Shown piece by piece: positions 1 to 7,676 of a DNA stretch of 64,000 bases (the stretch's first letter is position 1; every line of letters begins with the position of its first letter). The notes under the pieces were generated by a model. That model was not told the origin of the DNA and did no database searches. It saw nothing but the letters and a program-made list of their open reading frames with translations. Position numbers and translations under genes: made by a program. Source of the stretch: Patescibacteria group bacterium (lineage in GTDB: Bacteria; Patescibacteriota; Patescibacteriia; UBA9934; GWF2-40-263); the NCBI GenBank assembly GCA_004297215.1, contig SCUM01000001.1, forward strand, positions 143,456 through 207,455, read 5' to 3'.

Positions 1-786
1 CAGCGCCTGCCCCGGCGTGACGGACGCCAGGAAGGATTCCTCTTCGCCAAGCAGGGCATACCCGTCGCCCGAGCGCGCAAGGTCGTGGTAGATGCCAGCG
101 TCGCGGATCGAGAGCGGGATGGGCGGGATCATGTTGAGGAAATACAGCCCGTCCATGGCCGCGACGATGAACAGCGCGGCGCCGGTGAGCTGCAGGTCGA
201 AACGGCGGACGGCGGGCGAGAACCGGGCGATGAGCGAGATGAGCGAAAGCACCGCCACCGTGCTCGCCGCGCCCGCGAGGAGGAACGCCCAGGACTCGAG
301 CGTGTTGAACACGAACGGGAACAGGAGCGAGAAGTATGAGAGCAGCACGAACGCGAACACCACGATTTGCATGCGCGGGCGCAAGAACACGTGGCGTAGC
401 GCCTCGTTCGACGTCATGAGGGCCACGAAGAACGCCATCAACGGCCAGCTGGCCGAAAGCGATCCGCTGTACCAGTAAAACAGGAACGACGAGCTCAAGA
501 GCGCGCCGAACGCGAAGGAAATGGCGAGCGGGCAAGCAAGCCGCGCCGCGCTCCACACGCGCCCCTTGGGCGGTGCCGGCCGCGCGTCGTAGGCGTTCGC
601 GTACGCGATGGCCGCGGCTGCCGCGAGCGCATACGCGCCCAGCACCGAGAGCGTGGTCGTCACCTGCAGCGTGCGAAACGTCACCACGTCCACGAAGAAC
701 CCCGCCACCAGCAGGCCTGGGACCAGAGCGCGTTCGTAACGCTCGAACCAGGAGCGCAGCGTCAAAACAGGAGAAAAGAGGATCAT
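1..786 (-). CDS. Hypothetical polytopic membrane protein. The start codon is at 786 (ATG) and the ORF runs off the window's left edge, so it is partial.
   Basis: Reverse-strand translation from 786 reads MILFSPVLTLRSWFERYERALVPGLLVAGFF... continuously to position 1 with many hydrophobic stretches. It is absent from the ORF track only because no stop lies in the window. Confidence 0.4.
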   Translation of the reverse strand, partial: MILFSPVLTLRSWFERYERALVPGLLVAGFFVDVVTFRTLQVTTTLSVLGAYALAAAAAIAYANAYDARPAPPKGRVWSAARLACPLAISFAFGALLSSSFLFYWYSGSLSASWPLMAFFVALMTSNEALRHVFLRPRMQIVVFAFVLLSYFSLLFPFVFNTLESWAFLLAGAASTVAVLSLISLIARFSPAVRRFDLQLTGAALFIVAAMDGLYFLNMIPPIPLSIRDAGIYHDLARSGDGYALLGEEESFLASVTPGQAL

Positions 787-793
787 GCGCGGA

Positions 794-1354
794 TCATTCG
801 AGGATCTCGGTGTCCTTGAGGCGCGCGCGGATGGCCTCGAGGTCCGGTCGTGACACGTCGTTGCCGCGCAGGTCGAGCAGGCGCAAGTTCGGCAGGTTCC
901 CGAGTTCCATCGGAAGGCCCGTAAGTTCGTTGTCCGACAGGACAAGCGTTTCAAGCAAAGAAAGCTGGCCGATCTCGGCCGGCACGCCCGTCATCGCGTT
1001 GCCGCCCGCGTCGAGGACGCGAAGGTTCCGCAGGTGCCGGATCTCTCCCGGCAGCGCGCCGGTGAGTCGGTTGTCGGACAGGTCCAGTTCAACCAGTCTG
1101 ATGCGGTCGAACACGGACGCGGGGACGCGTTCGAGGCCCTGTCCGCTCAAGTCGAGACGCGTGGCCGATGCCGGTGCGTAGATGCCTTGCGTGTTCGCGG
1201 GGCCCGGGACGGGAACGGAGCACCCGGCGCCAAGCAGCACGATCGCCAAGGCCGGAACGAATGCGTGTGTCTTTTTCATACCCTCAAAGGGTAGCACACC
1301 CGCCCCATCACCGAATCTTGCGGCAACCCTGACGTTTTGATACACTCGCGCCAC
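794..1354 (-). CDS. Leucine-rich-repeat lipoprotein
   Basis: Signal peptide with lipobox (LLGAGC), followed by tandem LxxLxLxxNxL repeats (LDLSGQGLERVP, LDLSDNRLTGALP, LVLSDNELTGLP, LDLRGN). Confidence 0.6.
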   Translation of the reverse strand: MARVYQNVRVAARFGDGAGVLPFEGMKKTHAFVPALAIVLLGAGCSVPVPGPANTQGIYAPASATRLDLSGQGLERVPASVFDRIRLVELDLSDNRLTGALPGEIRHLRNLRVLDAGGNAMTGVPAEIGQLSLLETLVLSDNELTGLPMELGNLPNLRLLDLRGNDVSRPDLEAIRARLKDTEILE

Positions 1355-1358
1355 CTTA

Positions 1359-1410
1359 TTCCGGGGTAGTCTCCGACCCGACGGGTCGTAGACCCGGAGG
1401 GCTCAGCGGC
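1359..1410 (+). repeat. 52-nt repeat copy 1: tRNA-Asn 5'-end mimic (TTCCGGGGTA..GCTCAGCGGC) split by a 32-nt hairpin insert
   Basis: Near-identical to 1665-1716 with 1 mismatch. Its outer parts match tRNA-Asn positions -5 to +19 at 1742-1765. Confidence 0.6.
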
Positions 1411-1420
1411 TGCGCGATGT

Positions 1421-1675
1421 ATGTACTTTGTCTACTTGCTGCAAAGTGAGAAAGACCATCAATATTACATCGGTCAGACGCAGGATCTCTCCATTCGCCT
1501 GGAACAACACAACGCCGGTACCGTACGCTCTACACGACATCGGACCCCTTTTCGCCTGGTCGGTCATGAGACTCATCCGACACGAGCAGAGGCCCGTTGG
1601 CGTGAGTACACTCTGAAACGGAGTGCACACCAACGGAAAAAGTTCATCGAGAAATTAACGCACATTCCGGGGTAG
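1421..1675 (+). CDS. GIY-YIG nuclease family protein (YhbQ/UPF0213-like), 84 aa
   Basis: N-terminal YFVYLLQSEKDHQYYIGQTQDLSIRLEQHN fits the GIY-x10-YIG ... R ... HN pattern of small free-standing GIY-YIG proteins. Confidence 0.75.
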   Translation: MYFVYLLQSEKDHQYYIGQTQDLSIRLEQHNAGTVRSTRHRTPFRLVGHETHPTRAEARWREYTLKRSAHQRKKFIEKLTHIPG

Positions 1676-1716
1676 TCTCCGACCCGACGGATCGTAGACC
1701 CGGAGGGCTCAGCGGC
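1665..1716 (+). repeat. 52-nt repeat copy 2 (tRNA-Asn 5'-end mimic with hairpin insert). It overlaps the last codons and the stop codon of the GIY-YIG ORF.
   Basis: Direct repeat of 1359-1410. The ORF ends ..HIPG-TAG, using the repeat's GGTAG. Confidence 0.6.
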
Positions 1717-1746
1717 ATCGCTGTGTCTCGCACGTGCAAATTACAT

Positions 1747-1821
1747 TCCGGGGTAGCTCAGCGGCAGAGCAGTGGACTGTTAATCCATTGGTCGTGGGTT
1801 CGAATCCCACCCCCGGAGCCA
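1747..1821 (+). tRNA. tRNA-Asn (anticodon GTT), CCA encoded
   Basis: Manual cloverleaf: acceptor TCCGGGG/CCCCGGA; D-arm GCTC-AGCGGC-AGAGC; anticodon stem GTGGA/TCCAT with loop CTGTTAA; T-arm GTGGG-TTCGAAT-CCCAC; discriminator G then CCA. Confidence 0.9.
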
Positions 1822-1954
1822 TGAGCGACTGTGTCTGGCGACCCAGACACGGTCGGTCAATAGAGCATCAAGAAATTGGTGTGCTGCTGACCGATAGAGG
1901 CGACTTCACCGTAAGTAGGGAGAAGGTCATTTAAAAGGAGGTGCCGGAACTTTC

Positions 1955-2545
1955 TTGAATATGGCCAGAAAATGTTTCATCTCGTTTAAGACAGAGGACA
2001 TCGCTTACAAGGAAGCGATACAAAATGACCCCAACATAGACATGATTGATAAGTCTCTGAATGAGGCTATAGATTCAGACGACGAGGATTACATTATGCG
2101 CGCGATCCGTGACCAGTACCTGTCGGACTCCACGGTGACGATTCACTTGATTGGGAACAAAAGTTCCGAGGTCCTCGGTTACGAGGAACAGAAATTCATC
2201 AAGCGAGAACTCCAGGCTTCTCTGTATAACGGAGAGAATAACGCAAGAAGTGGTATTCTCGGCGTCGTGCTTCCGTCCATGTACGAAAGTATCTTTAAGG
2301 GGCCTTTCGAATGTACCACCTGTCGTGAGAGTCATAATTGGGTGATCGTCGGGGACGGGACGACGGTTTCGGAGTTCCATCGCAACTACTACATACAACA
2401 CGACAAGTGCCATCACGCGGAGGATGATCGCTATTGCGTGCTTGTGAAGTGGGACGACTTTCGTCTCAATCCCAACACGTATATCGAACAGGCGTTTCTG
2501 AAGCGAGATCACGCCATCGCGGAAAAGGTGAAGGTGCGCCCCTAA
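1955..2545 (+). CDS. ThsB-like TIR-domain protein (DUF1863-type TIR). The ATG at 1961 may be the true start.
   Basis: N-terminal RKCFISFKTEDIAY resembles the (K)RVFFSFHYQD motif of Thoeris ThsB. The central VTIHLIGNKSSEVLGYEEQKFIKREL...GILGV resembles ThsB VLIGSQTFNRRWCRYEI...GNKIIGI. SD-like AAGGAGGTG lies upstream. Confidence 0.6.
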   Translation: MNMARKCFISFKTEDIAYKEAIQNDPNIDMIDKSLNEAIDSDDEDYIMRAIRDQYLSDSTVTIHLIGNKSSEVLGYEEQKFIKRELQASLYNGENNARSGILGVVLPSMYESIFKGPFECTTCRESHNWVIVGDGTTVSEFHRNYYIQHDKCHHAEDDRYCVLVKWDDFRLNPNTYIEQAFLKRDHAIAEKVKVRP

Positions 2546-2550
2546 TCAAT

Positions 2551-3039
2551 ATGTTCAGACTAAAGAAACGAGAAGCTATGGCAGTTCCCGGCAATACCGA
2601 ACAAGAACCTGATTCCGGGTACGCACGGCTAGAACAGCAAATCAGGTGGTATGACACGAAGTCGCAAAGCGCTCAGCATTATTACAAATGGGCGAAGATC
2701 CTGGAATTCAGTTTTGCGGGACTCATTCCTTTTTTAGCGAGCACATCTTCGTGCATCACTGCTGCATTAGGAATTCTGATTATCGTCCTCGAGGGTTTGC
2801 AACACGTAAACCAATGGTCGCACAATTGGATCACATATCGCTCCACATGCGAGGCACTCCGACATGAGAAGTACCTGTACATTGGCCGTTCAGTTGTTTA
2901 TGCGGGAATGAGCGATGAGGAGGCGAAAAAAGTGCTCGTTGAACGAGTTGAATCTTTGATTTCAACCGAGCACGCAAAATGGATTTCCCAGCAAGATCTG
3001 ACAACAAAAGCCCCCCACAGTGCGAAGAAAGAAGAATAA
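2551..3039 (+). CDS. DUF4231/SLATT-family two-TM protein, a putative membrane effector
   Basis: LEQQIRWYDTKSQSAQHYYKWAKILEFSFAGLIPFLAS...LGILIIVLEGLQHVNQWSHNWITYRSTCEALRHEKYLY is a W..Y...Y..W + 2TM + EKYLY architecture typical of SLATT/DUF4231. The start is 6 nt after the TIR gene stop. Confidence 0.55.
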   Translation: MFRLKKREAMAVPGNTEQEPDSGYARLEQQIRWYDTKSQSAQHYYKWAKILEFSFAGLIPFLASTSSCITAALGILIIVLEGLQHVNQWSHNWITYRSTCEALRHEKYLYIGRSVVYAGMSDEEAKKVLVERVESLISTEHAKWISQQDLTTKAPHSAKKEE

Positions 3040-3064
3040 AGCGTCTGCCCTTGAGTCCTGCTAC

Positions 3065-3250
3065 CTAGACCGCCGGTTCCACCGTTCCATCAGAGATCCT
3101 CATGGTTGATTTGATGTGAGACAGAAGATCTCGTTTCTCCTCCCGGGTCCCTTCCTTCAGAATATATTTTGCGCACGCGTACACATTGATGTCCGGCATG
3201 ATCTCGGCAATCTTTGCGGTCGTGGCGTGGTCGCCAAGGCTGGAGATCAT
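3065..3250 (-). CDS. Small hypothetical ORF (61 aa) between the SLATT gene and mod. It may be non-coding.
   Basis: ORF only. Weak RBS, no recognisable motif. Confidence 0.2.
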   Translation of the reverse strand: MISSLGDHATTAKIAEIMPDINVYACAKYILKEGTREEKRDLLSHIKSTMRISDGTVEPAV

Positions 3251-3332
3251 TTTTTTCTACCCTTTTTACCCACAATCAGGCCTCTCTTTTTTACCTTAAC
3301 TACTGTAAACTTAGGGGGTTCGAAAAACCGCT

Positions 3333-4994
3333 ATGTCTAGACACCAGAAGTACAAAAAATGGGACAAGGAGAAGCTGATCTCGGAGATCTGCCGACTTGA
3401 GGACTGCAAGAAATACGGTTTGGTTTGGGAGGATAAGCCTGAGGATGTGGCGGAGCAATGCAGGGAGCAGTTACCGGTTTTAGAGGAGGTGCCAGAAAGA
3501 GCGCATCTCAAAGATGGATTGCTTGGGACCAATATTTTGATAGAAGGAGATAATTACCACGCACTTTCCGTTTTAAATTACACGCATAAGGGCGCGATTG
3601 ATGTCGTTTATATTGATCCGCCCTATAACACAGGAGCTAGGGACTGGAAATATAACAATGACTACGTCGATATTAACGACGTTTTCAGGCACAGCAAGTG
3701 GCTCTCGATGATGCAGAGACGGCTCCTTCTCTCGAAAGATTTATTAAAGGATGATGGCGTACTAATCGTGACGATCGATAAGCATGAGCAGCCGAGAATC
3801 GTAATTTTACTTGAGGAGCTTTTTCCGGATAAGGAAATAGTCACAGTCGTCATTGAGCACAACCCCAAGGGCTCACCGACACGGCACTTTACGTATACAA
3901 ATGAGTTTGCAATTTTCGTAGTACCAAAGGCGACGAATGTGATAGGAAAAGATCCGACCGAAAAAGTGGACACGCGCAATCTTCGCAGAGCTGGTCGTGC
4001 GTCGACTCGAAAAGAAAGGCCGACGATGTTTTATCCAATTTACGTAAGGAGTGGAAAGGTTATAAGGGTTGGTGATACGCCGGACGCCTCATTTCATCCT
4101 AAAAAAAGAAATGTTGTACAAAAAAATGGTGAAATCGCTATTTGGCCCATCGATGACGATGGTCGAGAGAGGCGGTGGCACTTTGGACTGGATTCGATCA
4201 ATGATTATCTAGACCGCATTGAGGTTCGGCAGTCCAAGGGAGAAATACAATTATTCGTGACGGCTTCGCCCGGGCGATACAAGACTGTATGGCGAGGCGG
4301 CGAATTCGACGCTGGTAAATATGGAACCTCCCTGGTCAGGGACCTGATCGGCGTCGAATTTCCTTACCCAAAATCTGTATTTGCGACGGCTAAGTGTCTC
4401 GAGACCGTTGTACACGGGCGGCCCGATGCTTTAATTTTGGACTATTTTGCCGGCTCTGGAACCACGGGGCACGCGACGCTTTACCTCAACAAAAAGTTTG
4501 GTGGTAACCGGCGATTCATACTCTGCACTAACAACGAAAACGACATAGCAGAGGATATTACCTTTCCGCGACTGATTAAAGTAATTGACGGCCACAAGGA
4601 CCATAAGGATACAACAGGCATACCGGTCAATCTGCGCTACTTCAAAACGACCTTCGTAAAAAAATCAGACGTTTCAGATGATACCCGCCGTGAGCTTGTG
4701 AAACGTTCGATGGAGATGATCTGCGTGAAGGAGGGCACCTTCCAAAAAATTGCAGACAATAAGCAGTTCAAGATTTATCGCGACGTGAATCATGTCACCG
4801 GCATCCTCTACAATCTGGATGCAATATCCGAATTCAAGAAGAAGATTTCGGACCTTGGTCTCTCGGCAAGCATCTACGTATTTTCGTTAACGACGGATAC
4901 GTACGATGCCGATTTCGTAGATTTGGAAGTCAAATACACGCTTTGTCCGATCCCGGAAAGCATCCTCGAGGTCTATCGCAAACTGTTCGCGTGA
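3333..4994 (+). CDS. mod: Type III restriction-modification system methyltransferase (Mod, beta-class N6-adenine/N4-cytosine MTase)
   Basis: DPPY motif (VVYIDPPYNTGARDW) lies N-terminal to the FxGxG SAM motif (LDYFAGSGTTGHA), with a variable region between them. This is the beta-class order typical of Mod. Confidence 0.85.
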   Translation: MSRHQKYKKWDKEKLISEICRLEDCKKYGLVWEDKPEDVAEQCREQLPVLEEVPERAHLKDGLLGTNILIEGDNYHALSVLNYTHKGAIDVVYIDPPYNTGARDWKYNNDYVDINDVFRHSKWLSMMQRRLLLSKDLLKDDGVLIVTIDKHEQPRIVILLEELFPDKEIVTVVIEHNPKGSPTRHFTYTNEFAIFVVPKATNVIGKDPTEKVDTRNLRRAGRASTRKERPTMFYPIYVRSGKVIRVGDTPDASFHPKKRNVVQKNGEIAIWPIDDDGRERRWHFGLDSINDYLDRIEVRQSKGEIQLFVTASPGRYKTVWRGGEFDAGKYGTSLVRDLIGVEFPYPKSVFATAKCLETVVHGRPDALILDYFAGSGTTGHATLYLNKKFGGNRRFILCTNNENDIAEDITFPRLIKVIDGHKDHKDTTGIPVNLRYFKTTFVKKSDVSDDTRRELVKRSMEMICVKEGTFQKIADNKQFKIYRDVNHVTGILYNLDAISEFKKKISDLGLSASIYVFSLTTDTYDADFVDLEVKYTLCPIPESILEVYRKLFA

Positions 4995-4995
4995 T

Positions 4996-7278
4996 ATGAA
5001 ACTCAAGGATTATCAGAAAATCGCGGTAGACAAGCTGCTCTCCATAAGCAAGAAGTTGTTGCAGAAAGAGGGTATGCGCATATGCGTCCTGAAGGCGCCG
5101 ACTGGCTCGGGAAAGACCATCATGGTCGCCGACTTCCTTGATCAGCTCGCCCATGCTCACATCGCCGGCGCATATTCTTTTATATGGATCAGCGGTAACA
5201 AACTTCATGAACAGAGCCGGGCAAAGCTTGAAGGATATCTTTCCGAGAGTCGCTATTCGTTCTCGTATCTCGATGAGGCCAGCGCTGGAAGCTTTTCGGA
5301 AAACGAGATTGTCTTTGTGAACTGGCATAGCCTCACGAGGCAGGACAATGAGACCGGCGAGTATACGAACGTCTTCATGAAGGAGAATGAGCAGGACCGT
5401 GACCTGCCGACCTTCATTCGTAACACCAAGGCGGAGGGGCGCGAGGTCATCCTCATCGTGGACGAGAGCCATTATCATTATTGGAGCAAAAAGTCGCAGG
5501 AGCTGGTCCAGTCCGTCATCGGTCCAAAGCTCATCCTTGAAGTCTCAGCGACGCCGACCAACCAGCCGACCCCGGACGAGCTTTCGAGCGGAGACGCTGG
5601 GTACGTCGCAGTGAAGTACGATGACGTGGTCGCGGAAGGAATGATCAAGAATGAGATTGTCATCAACAAGGATGTCGGTAAGTTCAGCGACATCCAGCGA
5701 TCCGCGGACGAGGTCGTCATTGACGCCGCGATAGAGAAGCAGAAGGAGCTCAAGAAACGGTTCGTCAAGATTGATGTCGACATCAATCCGCTCGTGCTCA
5801 TCCAGTTGCCGAGCGAGAGCCAGACGACGTCCGTGCTCGACAAGACCAAGCTTGAATTCGTCGAGGCGTACCTGAAGAAAAAGCACGGCGTCACTGTCGA
5901 GAACGGCAGGCTTGCCGTGTGGCTTTCGAATCGCAAGGACAACGTCGTGAATGTCGAGATGCCGAACGCCAAGGTCGATGTCATGATCTTCAAGCAGGCA
6001 ATCGCGCTCGGTTGGGATTGCCCGAGGGCGCAGATCCTTGTGATGTTTCGTGAGATTCAGAGCCAGGTGTTCGAGATCCAGACGGTCGGGCGCGTGCTCC
6101 GCATGCCCGAAGCGAAGCACTATGAGGATGAGGAGCTCAATCGAGCGTTCGTCTACACGAACCTGCCAGCAATCACCATCGCTGCTGACGACGCGAGTCA
6201 GCGTTTCTTTCAGGTGCATCCAGCGCATCGCATCGAAGGGTACGAGGCGGTAAAGCTTCCGTCGGTCTATATCGGGAGGACCGACTTCGGCGACCTTACG
6301 CTCTCTTTCCGAAAGCTCTTCATCGAGGAGGCGAACAAGCGTTGTGGCATCGGGAAAGACGACATCATGGACAAGGCCTTCAAGAAGGCCGACAAATTGA
6401 TGGAGCTGTATCCTGAGGAACTGACCCATCCCGTGATCTCGGACGCGGTCGTCGGCAATCTCGACGAGGCAAGGGAGATTGCCGGTGAGAAGGCAGAGTT
6501 CGCCATCCCCGAGGACGAGCTGAAGTATCGCTTCGAACAGTTTGCCAAGATCGCGTCGCTGCCGTATGCGCCGGTGCGCTCGCATACCAAGGTGCAGCAG
6601 GCTATCTACGACTGGTTCGACGGTTACCTCGGATACGAGAAAAGGAGCCGAATCGAAATTCAGCGAGCCGTCGTTTGTTCCGAGGCGAATCAGAAGCTAT
6701 TCGCAGAGATTATCGAGGCCGCAAAGGCTCGCTTCGCCGATATCCGCCGATCTGAACTCGACGGTAAGAAAAGTGAGCAGGCTTACGAATGGGACGTGCA
6801 GGCGATTGAATACTTCAACGAGCGTCACGAACGAATCGCTGTATCGAATTACGCCATGGATAAGTGTTATGTGCTCACAGATCGCTCCAAGCCGGAGAAG
6901 GATTTTGAGCTCACAGTCGCAGCAGCCAAGGGGGTTTTGTGGTGGTACAAGAACGGTGTGAGCAAGCGGGATTATTTTGCGGTGCCCTATGATGACCCGA
7001 AGACGGGTGCTCGTAGGGCCTTCTACCTGGATTATGTTGTCGTCATGAAGGATGGCTCGGTTAGTATCTTCGACACCAAGTCTGGGGTCACGGCGGACAG
7101 CGCCGAAACCGGCGCGAAGTCCGATGCGCTTCAGGCCTACATCAAGAGAAATACGACGAAGAGTAAGAGGATTTGTGGCGGAATCGTCGTTAGTCGTCAA
7201 GATGGGACTTTTGTTTTCGTAGGATCGAAATATACTTCGGATCCGAGAGATAAGGGTTGGGTGCGGTTAGAACTGTAG
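4996..7278 (+). CDS. res: Type III restriction enzyme Res subunit (SF2 helicase with C-terminal nuclease region)
   Basis: Walker A LKAPTGSGKT, DExH ILIVDESHY, motif III EVSATP, motif VI QTVGRVLR. Start is 2 nt after the mod stop (translationally coupled). Confidence 0.85.
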   Translation: MKLKDYQKIAVDKLLSISKKLLQKEGMRICVLKAPTGSGKTIMVADFLDQLAHAHIAGAYSFIWISGNKLHEQSRAKLEGYLSESRYSFSYLDEASAGSFSENEIVFVNWHSLTRQDNETGEYTNVFMKENEQDRDLPTFIRNTKAEGREVILIVDESHYHYWSKKSQELVQSVIGPKLILEVSATPTNQPTPDELSSGDAGYVAVKYDDVVAEGMIKNEIVINKDVGKFSDIQRSADEVVIDAAIEKQKELKKRFVKIDVDINPLVLIQLPSESQTTSVLDKTKLEFVEAYLKKKHGVTVENGRLAVWLSNRKDNVVNVEMPNAKVDVMIFKQAIALGWDCPRAQILVMFREIQSQVFEIQTVGRVLRMPEAKHYEDEELNRAFVYTNLPAITIAADDASQRFFQVHPAHRIEGYEAVKLPSVYIGRTDFGDLTLSFRKLFIEEANKRCGIGKDDIMDKAFKKADKLMELYPEELTHPVISDAVVGNLDEAREIAGEKAEFAIPEDELKYRFEQFAKIASLPYAPVRSHTKVQQAIYDWFDGYLGYEKRSRIEIQRAVVCSEANQKLFAEIIEAAKARFADIRRSELDGKKSEQAYEWDVQAIEYFNERHERIAVSNYAMDKCYVLTDRSKPEKDFELTVAAAKGVLWWYKNGVSKRDYFAVPYDDPKTGARRAFYLDYVVVMKDGSVSIFDTKSGVTADSAETGAKSDALQAYIKRNTTKSKRICGGIVVSRQDGTFVFVGSKYTSDPRDKGWVRLEL

Positions 7279-7396
7279 CTCAGAACGCTGTCTTTACAGC
7301 CTATAATCTCTGTAACCCACGTGCGTCGTTCGGCCCGACGGAATACCCCTGAAAGGTTGCCCAAAATTGAGGTCTGTACCCGTACGTCGAGCCATG

Positions 7397-7426
7397 AAAA
7401 AAGAACAGACTCATCTGTTCTTTTTT
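7397..7426. terminator. Bidirectional rho-independent terminator
   Basis: AAAAAAGAACAGA-CTCA-TCTGTTCTTTTTT: 13-bp perfect stem flanked by an A-run and a T-run. Confidence 0.6.
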
Positions 7427-7564
7427 CATATCTGGGTGGGATTCGGACGGGGAGGGTTTGGGAACCCTGCCGGCAGGCAGGCGTGAGGTTCCCGCCTCTG
7501 CCGGGGGAGGCCCGCGGAGGGGTGGAAACCACTCTGCTCTGCGAACGCTTGTGAGCGCGTGCAA

Positions 7565-7582
7565 AATTCCACCCCGGAGCCA
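7565..7582 (+). repeat. Imperfect direct repeat of the tRNA-Asn 3' end (attR-like)
   Basis: 17/18 match to 1803-1821, with further weak similarity in the downstream 8 nt. Confidence 0.45.
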
Positions 7583-7676
7583 ACGACTTCTCAGCCTTCG
7601 CTAGGATTTGTTCTTTGCGTGGAGCTGTCTGTAATGGGATTTGAGCTGGTATACTGTTTTTAATCAACCTTCCGCT

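Larger units (their letters stand above)
1822..7582. mobile_element. Putative tRNA-Asn-integrated genomic (defence) island, ~5.8 kb, with no integrase retained
   Basis: Visibly AT-richer than the flanks. Starts at the tRNA 3' end. Ends at an 18-nt imperfect direct repeat of the tRNA 3' end (AATTCCACCCCGGAGCCA at 7565-7582 versus AATCCCACCCCCGGAGCCA at 1803-1821). Cargo is TIR+SLATT and Type III RM. Confidence 0.5.

Noticed and set aside
85-478. Plus-strand ORFs 85-339 and 92-478
   Set aside because: They overlap the minus-strand membrane-protein gene that runs off the window edge. Compositionally biased (R/E/D-rich); likely spurious.
7197-7667. 156-aa minus-strand ORF across the island end and terminator
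   Set aside because: Spans a terminator hairpin and the att-like repeat; no RBS or motifs. More likely non-coding.
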